In this document: positions 1-13,379 of the stretch, in pieces | How the letters are laid out: each line of letters starts with the position of its first letter | Position numbering within the stretch: the stretch's first letter is position 1 | Assembly (NCBI GenBank): GCA_028534125.1 | Contig: CM052832.1 | Span: 22,694,001 to 22,758,000, forward strand | Length of the DNA stretch: 64,000 nt | Reading direction: 5' to 3' | Origin: Lama glama | Taxonomy: Eukaryota | Notes under the pieces: generated by a model | Seen by the model: the letters and a program-made list of their open reading frames with translations, nothing else | What the model was told of the DNA's origin: nothing | The model's database searches: none | Made by a program: the position numbers and the translations under genes

Positions 1-320
1 TCACAGTCCGCTTGCTGGGAGATCAAAGTGGCACATCCTCAGCTCGTGGGACGCCTGGTGTGTCCCTGTAATGCATCTAGCAGGCCTTCCAGTGCACCTA
101 CCTTCAAGAGGCGGGGGTGAGGTGGGGTGGGGCATTTTATCACAATTCGTAATACATTCAAATTTCAGTACAGTTTATAGAATCAAAAATAATTATACCT
201 TCAACAGATAAGTGGCTTAGTAGCTTTCTCTGGGGCCACTTCCGTATTAGGAACTGTCAGGCTTTTTCTTTTTCTCTTTCTTTTTTTTGGGGGGGGGTGT
301 AGAATAAATCATTCTCTTTT

Positions 321-838
321 TGCTACCAAGTCCAAACTTGTTTTGCTCGCCACACGACAGGCAAGTAAATCAGGAGATGAGTTGTTGGGGCAAGGAATAG
401 TGACTTTATTCGGAAAGCCAGCAGACTGAGAAGATGGGGGAGCGATGTCATGGAGAACCGTCTTCCCTAAGTCAGAATTCAGGCTCCTTTAATGCTAAAA
501 AGGAGAGGGAGAGTGGTTGGTTGTTGCAAGCTCCTTGGTGTTGGAATCCTTTGTTCTCGCAGCTGTCCGTGTGGTCAGGTCATGATGTTCCTGTAAACCT
601 CCAACAAGACAAACGTTATTCTCTGTTCTGCAACTTTTATCTCTATATGAATGGAAAAGTGTTCTACCCTTAAAGGTCACAGCCTTGAAAATAGGCTAGC
701 CTGTATATTTTAGTCCATAAGCAACATTCTTTTACAAAAGGTGCAAAACCAGCATGACTAAGCCTAGAAGACAGAGCACAGAGTTAGAGCCCAAGGAACA
801 GAGCTAATGTGGAGTCAGATTTGTTCTTCCCTACTGCA
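321..838 (-). mobile_element. Solo LTR, ERV1-like (copy 1)
   Basis: About 520 bp with TG...CA ends; tttatt (AATAAA on minus) near the left end; aligns end-to-end with 7319-7841. Confidence 0.85.
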
Positions 839-1194
839 TTTATTCCCAATCAGAAAATTTCCAGCTTGGTTTATAATTTGTGAATACAACTTCTGAGCCT
901 CTAAAATATTATGGAGAGGAGGGGTCATGCTTGCTACTGTATGTGCCAGCAGAGCAGGCAAGATAATGTTTGCACTTTACAAATGTGAAAACATGTTAAA
1001 TACTGTACCTGCAGTCCTGCTCTGGGCTTCTTGTTCTTCTCCCTTTGTGGGGTGCCTGGTCTTGTCCTCAGCTAAACTGTTCCCTGCTTATTAACCTTGG
1101 AGAGCAGCTTAGTTTCCTTGCAAAGATCATTTGTCAATAACAACTCATTTCTGTTACCAAATCACCCTTGCAGAGAATCCAGTCTATGGTGTAA

Positions 1195-1300
1195 TAGCTT
1201 TTGAAGGTGAAAGAAACATTAAGAAATCATTTTAGTTAAGTGGCGGCCTCCACACTTTATAGAATAGGAATCTGAAATTTGTCCAGTGTGTACACATTTA
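1195..1300 (-). mobile_element. MIR SINE remnant
   Basis: Degenerate MIR core (actttatagaataggaatctgaa). Confidence 0.4.
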
Positions 1301-1307
1301 TGAGGTG

Positions 1308-1470
1308 CTATGTTTTCTGTAATCTCCAACACTAAAGATTGAAAAATGCACCATTACTTTATGTACCGATAAAACAAAAAGAAGTGTTACCAATTTAAAT
1401 TATGAATTCGCTTTGACAGTTAGACACATCCTGATTTCAGAGAGATGATTAGTGTAAGACTCCATTAACA
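1308..1470. mobile_element. hAT MITE remnant, MER96B-like
   Basis: agacacatcctgatttcagaga resembles the MER96B consensus as recalled. Confidence 0.45.
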
Positions 1471-3028
1471 CAGACATATCTCTCATTGATGAAATAACAT
1501 GATTTCACCCTGTCTTTCACAAACTAAACAAATACTGTGAAGGACAGCTGCTTAGATCAGGGAGGGAGGTGGCCACTGGAGGGGGAAATGGAGGATGGGT
1601 GTACACCAAGCTCTAAGACATTCTTTGGCTAGAAGCTGTCCTGGAGTTACAGACATATTACTTATGCCTGCACGAGGCACACGTTTCCAATATCCTACTG
1701 GAGTTACAGTTCCTTCTCTGCAGCTTGTGGTTCTTTGTTTTGTAGGGCACCATCTAAATGACAGTGATTGTCCTAAGTTCCTAAATTTCATGGGATTGAT
1801 TTAGGGCAGGACTGCTGGTGGCTGTTCCCAGGCGTGTGGCCTCCAGGAGAGGAGAGCGTCTGGGAGCTCCCCTCCTTCATGCTCAGTGATTTACTTCTTT
1901 GTCTCTACCAGACCAGAGCCGTCTCTGGGGCTTGGGAAGTTGATGTTAGCTTCTTCACGGGGAAAAGCTGAGATCCTTGGTCTAAGAACAAACAGATGGT
2001 TATTAGAAATAAAGGAAGATGAGAACTTCAAGACTGGTGAGACAGCTTTGGTTTTGAAATGTCTGCTAATGAACGGCAGAGTCTATCAATGTGAAATAAA
2101 AACATTGCCATCATTTGCACTTGGTATTTCCTTGGTAGGACATGTGCTGTCTATAGATACAACCTTTGAGGAGATCCAGTATTTGGCATTCAGGTTCTGT
2201 TTGACTGCTAACTTGCTTTAAAATTTTACTTTCCTTATATAGATGACTACTTTCTTCCAAGATGAAATGTAACACTTCAGTCTCCAATGGAAAGGGAAGA
2301 TGTAGTATGAACAAAAAGTCTCAGAAATCACCATCATTTAGTTCATGTCTTGTTTTTGTTACTCAGTATTCTTCACTCTAGTCAAAATACCACAAAATTA
2401 AGATACTAGCTTTACAAAACTGATTCAGAGATATTAATGACTTCTTAGCTTGTTTCCCGACTTACTACAATTCATTACTTTCTCCTGATGTGGTAAATGT
2501 TGTCATACTTTGGAGCTGGTGTGCTGTGCCAGTATCAATTTTTATAAGGCTCCACTTACATGATTATATCACTTTGATTTTTAAAGTGTCTTCATTTATT
2601 TCCTGGAAGTTATTGAGCTGACATAAAAAAGCCATTCTCTAGTGGGAGTCAATTTTCATAAGCTATTTCCATCAAATCTCATCCTCAGATGCTGTATTTG
2701 GCCCTGTGTCAGGCAGTAGAGTTCCTTTGTTGCACTGTCTTTCTTATTCTAAGTGTTTACAGGTAATCCATGTGCCAGTTAAGGGTCTAATAAATGTATG
2801 TTATTTATACTGGTTGTATATTATGGATTATAATATATGATGCATATTGATTGTTTTTTATAAGTGTTTTCTGTCTCAAATTTTAGTCAATAGAAGCAAG
2901 TATTTTTAAACTAAATCTATCCATCACAAAGCAAAAGGAAAAAAATCGATGGTTTTCCTATTGTGGTATATGGCCGGCCATCACTATAATTTCTATCAAA
3001 AAATTCCCTTTGATGATGAAATTTAATC

Positions 3029-3605
3029 TGTCGGGACACCACCAGTCTTGTCAGCTTCCTTCTTGCATTCGAGTTGGATTAGCCAGGGCTGATTACTTGT
3101 CTGTGGCCTCGCAGGTCTGTTCCCATGCATCTGTGATCTTCTCTTACAAACAGTTTGGAAGCCTGCAAACTTTATTTAACAGACTCCCTTGCCAAGTGGC
3201 TCCCTTCTGTTCTTCTAGCAGGAGACCCTCCAGGAGATTGGAAGGTGGAAATAAGAGAGAACATATTCTTTCCTTCTGGTTTCCGACAGCACCTCTGGCA
3301 GCAGTAGCAAAAGAATTAGGCTGTTCCTACGGTCTTTCAAAGTAGTGTGAGTAGTGGTAGCTCCGCCAGCAACAAGAGATTATCCAGCAGGTTTAGTGAC
3401 CGAGACCACAGGCTCTTAGTACGTTTCCTTTTCCTTCTGCAGATGGGGTGAAATTGTCTTGCAATTACCAATCAAACTCTGCCCCTACTTTCTTCTTTAT
3501 TGATTTAGCCCTTCCAATATTTAGTAACCAATTTCTTGTATTGTTATGTTCATTTAAAATTCTTGAATTTGTTTCTGTGTTCCTCTCTGAGCCCTGACTG
3601 ATGTA
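3029..3605 (+). mobile_element. Old ERVL-class LTR (LTR16/LTR33-like)
   Basis: Motifs cagactcccttgcc and ggagattggaaggtgg, and a 3' end ccctgactgat, typical of these families. Confidence 0.5.
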
Positions 3606-5043
3606 TCTTGTAAAATCATATAGAATCTTCGAACACCGAGGGAAAAAAGCCAAATGAGGAGTCCTGGGACCTTGATTGTACATGCAGGTCTCGATTAATG
3701 AGCAGATATTATTAAACTTCCAGGGGTGACACATTGCAGTAAGTTCTAATGAAGAAGAAAGAATATAAAGATAGTGTATTTCAGCTATATAAGATGCCAA
3801 TTTATACTGCAAAAACAATTTTATTTGGATGCTAGACGTTTATCTTTGCTCAGTTCACACCAATTTGATGGTAAAAATAAGCACCTCTAGCACCCTCACA
3901 TTTCTTCCCCAGTTAGTATGCCCTTGGAATGACTGCCTGAAACTCACCACTTCCCACTGTCTTAGTCCATCAGCTGCATTAACACTTAGGAAGAGCAGGA
4001 CTGTCACAGTGTTATGAAGCCCCTTCCTACTTCTGCTAGATGCCAACATCTGCAAATTCTAGAAAACCATCTTTTCTGTTCATCCCTACATTGTTAGGAC
4101 CCCCAGTGGATAAAGCATCCCTCATTCTAATCTGTTGCAGCAATTTTAGTAACATAACCTATTTCAAGTTTTATTCTTTATTGCAACTCCTTCCTGGGCT
4201 GGAGAGTGGTGGTTACATGAGTAACAGGCACACTGTGTGCTCAGAAGGCTCTCTCCCTTTGGAATGGCTATTCCCTCCAATGCAGCATGTTCTCCTGCAG
4301 GATTTGTTCTTACCAAAAAAACTTCCTGGATCTCCACCTCTCCCTCCTACATCTTTGCTGCACCAAATGTGTCAGTATCCTGCAGTGAGTTCAAGCTGGA
4401 GCCCTAGCTACATGCAGATATCCCAGTTTGTTGAAGAGTTCAAGTTTCTGTGGTGTTGTCTGTACATAGGCTGGACCCCATGGTTTGAGATTTGGACAGG
4501 TCAGTTTCTCTGCGCCTGAATTTCCCAAACCTGTTTAAAGAGGACAAAAATGGGCGGGAGGAGGAATGTATGTGGAACAGTGCCCATCCACTCCTCACAG
4601 CAGTTCATCTCAACGTACCTTCTTGCCGTATAAATGCTCTAGCTCATGATAATAAAATTCCTTTCAGTTTTGCTAAAATCACATGGCGTCTCAAAGCCCT
4701 GTGGTCCCATTTTCCAGTTTGTTTCCACTCAGTCACCTAATACTGTAGTTGCGTGAAATTCAAGCCCCGAGTGTTAATTGAGGAGAACAGTTACTTCTGG
4801 TGAACTGGGAAGCTTCAAGTTCTTTTAATTTGCAAACCAAGGTTAAAGAGATTCTTATTGAAAGTCACATTAAGTAATACTTAAAAGTAAAACACCCTGA
4901 GATTTTTTGGTAAGTTACACAGTACTAACTAAAGTTTAATCTCAGAAAGATCAGTTACGAAGTAGTGGACACGTACTGTCCATGGGCTGCTAACCATTCT
5001 CTCCTGTGCTAATTATTTGACTAATTCTTTGTCTTTGACTGAA

Positions 5044-5092
5044 GTGTGCATGTGTGTACGTGTGCGAGCACATGTGCGCACACACACACACA
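5044..5092. repeat. Mixed TG/CA purine-pyrimidine tract
   Basis: gtgtgcatgtgtgtacgtgtgcgagcacatgtgcgcacacacacacaca. Confidence 0.85.
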
Positions 5093-5676
5093 AAGGAAGT
5101 TGTGCATTAAAGTCCCACTTCTTATACTACTCAACTTTTGTGTGCACCGGTAGGGACCTCTGAGGGATCACGTCACAGGGATCTGAGGAAATGGAAGAGC
5201 AGCTCATTTTTCAACCATTTTATTGTTGCTCTTATGCCTGCAAATGAAACCTATATAGTAGCACAGGGCTTTAGGGCAAAGCTCACTGCAATACCTTTTT
5301 TTTCTATTATAAGTCCATCTCAGAGTTAATCATTTCCTCCAAGGAGGTGATGCTGTAATAAAGATAATTAAATTGAAATTTAATATAGCGGGGCATTGCA
5401 CTATAGCTGTATATCAGATGAGGGTTCTGAGAGGAACCATTACTGTGAGGGTGGAGTGGATGGTATGCAATTAACAATTATGTTTGTCAGGTTTATGAAA
5501 CAGAAAATTAATAACACAGAGACTGTAAAACAGCGAACAAAGCTGTGAATTCTGAATTAGGTGGCTGGGCTATCTTTTATCAGCAAGGGTGTCTTTCTCT
5601 TTTGGAGCATTGGATTATATTGATTTACTCAAAAATTTTAATTCCTTCCACTCCCAGCCTAGGATTTTTTCCTTCC

Positions 5677-5845
5677 AAGTGATTCTCAGTCTTGGCTGCG
5701 TGTTAAGAATCACTTGGGGAAGTAGTTAACATCCTGGTGCCCAGGCCCACTCCAGCCGATCAAAGCAGAAACATCTGGGGGTGGGACCCAGGCTCCTGTA
5801 GTTTGGAAAGCTCTCCAGGTGATCCCAAAGTGCTTAAAGACCACG
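5677..5845. mobile_element. MER5A-like hAT-Charlie MITE
   Basis: gtgattctcagtcttggctgc...agaatcacttgggga...gggtgggacccagg...ctccaggtgatccc matches the MER5 layout. Confidence 0.8.
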
Positions 5846-6441
5846 TTAGTACATGTTTGTTTAGTATGATTGATTTCCCTGGAGAAAGGTGTTAGATTAA
5901 AAGAAAAGGGCTGGGGGCGGGGGAAGAACAGGAAAGAAGAATTGCATAATAATTAAGTGTTCATCAAATGTATTCTTCCTGACAAATAAAAATTTGCAGA
6001 ATTCGTCCACCAACAGGAGGCATTATTGAGACCGAGTGGCCATTCCTAATGTTTAGACACCTGTGCTTCCAGGAAGAGCAAGCAGCTCTCAGAAATCTTG
6101 GCCCTGCCCTGACATTTACTGCCTGGCCTCCCAGAAGCCATGAATGTTTTAAGGTTCCTGAAGGAGGCCACAGAATCCCCCGAATTACTGTTGGCCCGTG
6201 CTGGCCCTGCCCTTGCCAACAAGGGCCCTCATAGGCTCCAAGGCAGAGGAAGAGGAAAGCGTGGTCAGAGTGATAATCCCTTAAGTGGGGAACCGAAGCA
6301 GGGGTGCTTGGCAGATCCCCATTCCAGCACAGAGGCGGGGACTGGGGATCTCTGCAAGAACCTGGGTGTGTGAGTCAAACCAGGCAGTTCTCACTCTGAG
6401 GTCTGGGGTGAGATTCCGTATATTTATACATACCTATCTGT

Positions 6442-6463
6442 ACACACACACACACACACACAC
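6442..6463. repeat. (AC)11 microsatellite
   Basis: Directly visible. Confidence 0.95.
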
Positions 6464-7318
6464 CCCTTCAGGATACCCCTGGATAAATAGCGTCTCTTTA
6501 TTGGTCTCTGAGTTGAAGAGGGCAGCAAACTAGAGTAGAGTGGGGAGGGGTGAGTTTATTATTTATTTGCTTAATTGATCTGCAGTACAAAATGTACTTT
6601 GAAGCTACTCTTCTGGTGATTCTGAAATGCATTCATTGAGAAACTTTGAATTTGACTTCAGGAAATCATTTAAATATGCTTTCAGAGACGACTTACTAAG
6701 AGATTGAATGTTGCCTTTTCCCTGGAATTTGAGCATTTCCTGTGCCTGAGACGCTGGAGGAAAGGAGAGTTGTGTGGGGGTCAGCTGGTATCCTGGGGTT
6801 TCTGTGTTGAGAAGTTCTACTTTTCTTTTTTCTGTTTCAACTTTGACACAAACTGTTAGAGTTAAGGAGTAAGCAGATAAACGTTATCTTGCTGCATGGT
6901 AATCATATTGGGAGAAAACAACATATTTATATTTCTAACCATGATCAGTATGAGTATAAAGGGTTTTTTTTTCCACTTGGTCATATACAGTGTGACCACA
7001 TGGCTTTGATAACATTTGTACTCAGATCAGTTTTACCCACAGAACATTTTTCTACAAAGATTATTCAGACTTTTCTGTTATTAAATCAAAAGAATGAGGA
7101 TAAGTAATTATGCGTGTGACTAAGAACAAACGACTAGATCTATTAAAATGTTAAAACCTTAAAATTTAAATTGGGTTATTAATCACATATATTAATACAA
7201 CTCATTTTTTAATTTGCTTTCTCTTTTTATTAAATACTGCTTCTTAAATTACTAGATTATGGCTGCGTGTCTGAAATCAAATAACTAGAGTGTACCTTGC
7301 AGTTGTGGCTCCTTCAGC

Positions 7319-7841
7319 TGTTTTTACCGAGTCCAAACTTGCTCTGCTCACCATCCTCAGGCCAGTAAATCGGGAGACGAGGTGTTGGGACAAGGAATAA
7401 TGACTTTATTCAGAAAGCCAGCAGACCAACAAGATGGGGGACTAATGTCCTAGAGAACTATCTTTCCCAAATCAGAATTTAGGCTCCTTTTATACTGAAA
7501 AGGGGAGGGAGTATGATTGGTTGTTGGAAGCTTCTTGGTGTTGGAATCCTTTGTTTTTTCAGCTGTCAGAGTAGATCAGGTCACGATGTCCCGCTAAACC
7601 TCCAGCAAGACAAATGTTGGTTTCTATTCTGCAACTTTTTAGTCTTTATATGAATGGGAAAATGTCATGCCCTGCAGGGTCGGAGCCTTGAGAATGGGCT
7701 GTCCTATGTATTGTAGGCAATAGGCAGCATCCTTTCACAGAAGGTACAGAACCAGCATGACTAAGCACAGGGAACAGAACACGGAGTTAGAGCCAAAGGA
7801 ACCGAGCTAATATGGAGTCAGATTTGTTCTTCTTTACTGCA
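7319..7841 (-). mobile_element. Solo LTR, ERV1-like (copy 2)
   Basis: TG...CA ends; same family and orientation as 321-838, roughly 80-85% identical by eye. Confidence 0.85.
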
Positions 7842-10800
7842 GTGCTGGTGACGTCTCCCCGGACAAGACAAGGAGCTGTCCACAGATACCAGCTTTGTAA
7901 TGCTTGATCTGATGCCTATGAATTGTCCTGGTCTCATAGAATCGTACCTAAAATCTCACACTATCAAACCGACCCTGAACTTCTTTCCATTAGAGTATTT
8001 AGATTTTTGGAGCACATAAAGAATGGAGACTGTTTTTAACAAGTGGTTGACATATTTTCATGCTTATTATGAAAATATTAAAAATCATTTTCTGAAATTG
8101 GTATTACGAGAGATCCAATTTTTACCTAATGCAAAACATACATTTTTAAAAAATGTTTAATGCTAAATTTGTTGATCAAGGTCAAAGTCAAATTTTTATG
8201 AACAATCTCTGGGTAGGGTAAAAATTTAGGCAAAGATGTAGTCTATTTAAGAGACATATTTTCTTGAGTTGTTCGTAACACAGTGAATTCCCCAAGACTG
8301 CAATTTTAAAAATGTCAGAAATCAAAAACTATCCTGTGATATACAGAAAAGCATTTTTCAGTCGTTAGCAACATGTAAAACAAACGAATTTTGAAATCTT
8401 TTAGTCGCATATCTGATGTCAATCAGGCTTTTTTTTTCCCATTTTCACAATTGCCCGTGTTCTAGGGAAGCAGTGAGAATAACCAGGGATAAGCAACCGC
8501 GGCTCCCTTGGTTGAGCGTGTGGTCGACTGGGGTAAATCTGAGTTGTGGTGAGTGATGAGGAGTTGCCTTCCCCCTGCCCTGAGAGTGGTGCTGATCCCA
8601 GGATGGCACAGAAAGCCCCTCCACTGTTAATGTCCATTGCTCAGAGAGTTTGGTAGCATGTCTCTTACAAAACCTTCCAGGTGGCTTCTAGACTCTCAGA
8701 GTTTTAGTTTATTTGAGGTTGGGAAGGGGCTGTTCCAAGCGTGGTGGTTGGCTCTTTTGGCTGGGAGATTGGAAAGTTGAGGGACGCAGACGGAGCCCTG
8801 ACTGGGGCTGGATAAGCAGATGCAGCCTTTCCTTGTCTCCGTGGACCCTCCAGTGGAGCCGCAGGGAGACTGCCCTAGCAAACGTGCACGTGGTGTACAA
8901 ACTGGAGCTTCTCTGTTTCTGAAATAACCGAGCAACCCCATTTGGGTTTGAAATCCAAATACATTATCTCAAGAAATTTCAGTATCATTGATAATTTAAG
9001 AAAAATAAGCACTATTAGATCCTTTTAAAAAATCAACTATTGTAAATGAAAAGTTTTAAAGACTTTTTAAAAAATACAGTATTGACTCATATGGAAGTAT
9101 TTCATAGATCATAAATACCAAGAATTTGAAGAAACAGTCATTGCACAGCCTTAGCTAGGAATTATGTATAGCCATTTCAAGCTGAAAACCTGATATAGAA
9201 TGGACATATTCACAGAAGCAAGCTCAAATTTCTCTTTAAACATTTTGATATATTATTAGAAGTTTTATAAAAATTAATCCTTAATATTTCTCATTTTTTC
9301 TCTTACCACAATTATATAAGTATAAGAGTGTTTTTAACCAAGTCTCAAATACATGTTCTCAAATTCCTTCCCATTTACCCCAGGGTATTTAAGAAATATC
9401 ATTTTCTATGTGCGTCATAAAAAAAGGTTGAGAAAAACTCATCTATAAAATTCCAAGTATCTGCTTCTGTGCTTCAAGGATGTACTTAAATATCTGTCTG
9501 TCATCTGTCTGTCTATCCAGATAGCAGGAGTGAAATCATGTCCCTCCTGCATACGATCTTTCTTCTTCTTCTCCTCCCTATCCACTACACTCGCATGGAT
9601 ATGCATTTTCCCTTCAAAGTGTAGTACAGAGTAGAGTATCCATTATGAGACACAAGATACATTGATGCCATTCTGATGAAAGAATGTCCCACTAGGCCAG
9701 GCCATATGGGTGCATGTACAAACCCCCAGAGCGGAGGAAGTTCTTCAAGTATAGATGGTAGGCAAATAAACTAAAAGCAATTTAAAGACAAGTCCAGCAT
9801 TTTAGGTTGATTTCTATGTTTTTAGGTTAATTCCGTGACATCATAAAATCAACCAGAACAAAAGGAAAATGGGGTAGTATCAAAGATGATCAAGCCGTGC
9901 ATCCAGAATCCAAAAGTATCCAAAATATCTTTAAAAAATATCTGTATGCACATATATGTGGTTAGTCACTCATTTCCTTCCTTCCGTCACTAACTTACTT
10001 ACTCAAGTGCATTTCTCCGAAGTCATCTATCACTTGGGCAATTAACTCCTGTTATTTTAGTTCTGAGAGACCTGAATACCTGCTAGGGCTCCTGGCACTC
10101 GATGTGATTTTGAGGTTGTAAACGCCTCACAATTAACAGAGACTTTTATTATTTTGAACTCTCTCTGTCACTGCCTTTGTTTTCCGTAGAAGACAAAGTG
10201 ACAGGGTTTTTAAAATGCATTTTCTTATTTTCTGCAATATGTATTTTTAAATCACACTGACAGTTTTACTCCACGGCACACCAGCAACTGCTCAGCGCTT
10301 CTGAACAGCTCTATCCCCACAAAATCACTCAGGGAAGAAGAGGCTCAAGGAGACAGATTTCAGCCTCGTGCTTCAGAGGGGTTGTTGTAAATCATGGTCT
10401 GGGAGGAAGAAAACAAATATAAAAATGATGAAATGTACCTGGATAGGAGTGTGTTTTTAATCACTAGGCAGGTGCAATTCTCAAAACTTTTTCTCAATGG
10501 GGCTGTACTTCACGAAGCTCTCATGCTGGCATTTCTGTAGGATCAATGCCTACTCTCTCTTTGGCTCATGACCACACTTACTGCTCTTTGCAGGGGGCAG
10601 AATTTCAAGTCTGGAGTGTTTCAGGGGACACCTAACCTTTCCAAGAGGGGGCTTCTCCCAGTCTCCCTGCCCTGTGAAGGATTTGTTTGTAAGGAGATGT
10701 CAGTCTTGAAGCAATGGGACCGCTTCCGGAATTGCTCAGAGTTAGCTACAATTTACCAGCCTCTGAAGTGGCATTAAGGCAGTGTTCATTTTTTAATGAG

Positions 10801-11029
10801 TATTAAATTTACTTTTAGCCAAGCCCTCTAGCTGACAATGAAGTGTTCGCTGGGCTTGCTACTGGCTCTCTCTTTGCTAATTGCCCTGCTGCTGGTGATT
10901 ACCCTAGCTCTCTCTTTGGATGCAGAAGCTTAGTATGTTTGAGTCTTGTGCTTAATTTCAAAAGTAGGGACATCCATTGAACTCTCCAGATTTCAAGTCT
11001 CTGAGTAAGGTCTCTCCTCAGTTATGAAA

Positions 11030-11590
11030 CAAACCCACGTGGCATCATGGAAAGACCATGGGCCATGGCAGAAGATGTAAATTGGAGCCCCCACCCTCTC
11101 ACGTCCTATCAGGCATTGCAAACTGACCGCCTCGGGACCAGATCCAGCCCACCACCTCTTCTGGTTCTAACTGCTTTTGGTTTAAAATGTTTACATGTTT
11201 AAATGGTTGGGGAGCACATCAAAAGAAGAACAGTGTTTCATGATGTGAAAATTATATGCAATTCCAATTTCAGTCTCCATGCGTAAAGTGTCTGGGGATA
11301 CAGTCACACTCATTCATTCATGAATGGTCTGTGCCTGCTTTCCCGCTGCAGTGGCCGAGTTGAGTAGTTGTAACAGCAGCCTTACAGATAATATTTGCTC
11401 TCTGGCCCTTTGCAGAAACAGTTTGCTGATCCCTGATTCCAATAGTTGATTGATCCTGGGTGCATTAATCCACTCTTAGAGCCTCCATGGCTTCATCAGT
11501 AGACCGGGATCAATAACCGTGGCCGCATCGCAGAGCCATTGTGAAGAGCAAATGAGGTCGTTAATCTCTCAGCATTTAGAAATCTCATTG
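11030..11590 (+). mobile_element. MIR split by a MER58 insertion
   Basis: MIR-like 5' part at about 11030-11109 and 3' part at about 11440-11590 (gagcctccatggcttcatcagtaga...gtgaagagcaaatgag). Confidence 0.55.
11110..11435 (+). mobile_element. MER58B-like hAT-Charlie element
   Basis: Inverted termini caggcattgcaaact / gtttgctgatccctg; internal ttgagtagttgtaaca and tggccctttgcagaaa. Confidence 0.8.
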
Positions 11591-11774
11591 TTAAAAAAAA
11601 GAATAAAAAACGGAATTACTGGTTATTAGTTCTTTAAAAAGTAAAAGCGGAGTTACTGATTACCCATAGTTTTATTCCAGTCATTGTACTTGGCCGTCTA
11701 CCAATTTGACTTGAGTTTATTTTGAAATTGATGCTGTATGATCTATTTAATTAATTTACTTATATTAGGTATGA

Positions 11775-11860
11775 TTTAGAAATAGGCATTTAAAGCATTT
11801 AGACAAATGCTTAACTGGCTTTAGAGATAGGCATTTAAAGCATTTAGACAAATGCTTAAC
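11775..11860. repeat. 45-bp tandem duplication (two copies)
   Basis: tttaga(a/g)ataggcatttaaagcatttagacaaatgcttaac starts at 11775 and 11820, one mismatch. Confidence 0.95.
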
Positions 11861-13379
11861 CAGGTAACCATCCCTGAAGGTAGAGCACATAAAAATGAAA
11901 CTCCTTCTTTTTCTCAATATATCTCAAAAGCATATCTACATGTGTAATTTTTTTCCTACTTGATCCTGAATATGATGCGTCTGTGTGTGCCTTTTAATTG
12001 TTCCCAGATAACTAAGTGAAGATAAAGTAACTCCATACTCTTCAGACATATTTGGGCCCTACCTACAACTGCACATAAAATAAAGGGAACTATTACGGTA
12101 TTTATGCTGCGCCTCAAACGTGAATTATATCTACCTTTATTACAGACTTTAATCATGTAGGAGGTTGTTTAAATTTTCCACCTCAAATTTTATCCCCTCT
12201 CCCACCCCAAACAGGTTTTTGGATAAAAATCCAATAAAGATTTCTCTTCTGATGGGCTGAAGGCATTTGCCGTGCTGCTAATGAAGGAAGAAATAGAGGA
12301 AATCCATTTGGTTCTTTTCTGATTCTTGTCCAAATGCAATTGCCTCCTGCTGTGGACTGTTCTCAGTGTTCAAACAGCGCTGGTCTACGTCCAAACCTGC
12401 AGTCTATTTTGATCTAGGAGAGCTAACGTCTTTGATGTCTATCAGTGGCTTCTGAAGTGCTGTGCCAGGTTTAATCAAAGGTACATAGCTTCAGCAAAAA
12501 TAAATGGCGACAAATGATCACAGTGCCGCACGCAGGGTTTTTAAGTGGCCTCCACACTTTGCTGGGCTGGGCCCCCTCTTCGGAGGACAAATGCAGGAAC
12601 CCTAGAGGGTCTCTCTCAGATGAAATAATGGCAGAAACACACAACAAAGGGAAGCAGGGCAGATCCTCAAGCCTTCTGATTTCACTGTGCAACCGGTATT
12701 CCTCTCTCTTGGTGACCATGAGACCCAGAACTGTGCTGTGGGATGCTAGCAATAAGTGTGCAAGCTGGGCTGGGATCTGAGTCGGCGCCCAGATCTTCAA
12801 GGCTTCTGGGGGAGAGGGGGAGCCTTCGAGATAACATTAATGCTGACGTGTTAGTGCCTACCCTGGCCAGTGCCACACGGTTGGGTTAGTGGCCTTTTTA
12901 ACCACACATCCAGACACAGGGATGGCAGTGTGTTTCCAGATGATCTATCACAAAAAAGCGAAAAGCCCTTTTCAGCTTTTTGCTAATTCTCCCTCGAGTA
13001 CAATCTTTTCCAAGCATTTTAGATCTCTCATCTCTAAAATATAGACATGCATACATGTGCACGTGTATTCCTGTCAATTCATACAAAGCACATAATACAA
13101 CAGTATATTCAATTTTGACTTCTCGTAAGGTCGATGTCTAATGCTTTCCTCCCATTCCTAAGTGTATTATTTGAAGTACTTCCAGAAGTCTGCATACTGT
13201 ACTAGAGACCACTGCTACATTATCTAGATAAGTTAGGGTTATTTTCTGAAAAACTCCAAAGTCACAGGATTTTTCAGTCCTTCAGGGTAACCCATGATGG
13301 AATAAAATCCTGTGTGACCATTCCTCCTGCTCTTATGTTGCTAATCATCTCTCTTGCACGTTTCTCTTTTTCTCTCTCT

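Noticed and set aside
4040..4519. 159-aa plus-strand ORF
   Set aside because: No recognisable domain; composition consistent with a chance ORF.
11775..11860. Palindromic direct repeats resembling a CRISPR array
   Set aside because: Only two adjacent copies, no spacer, no cas genes, mammalian context.
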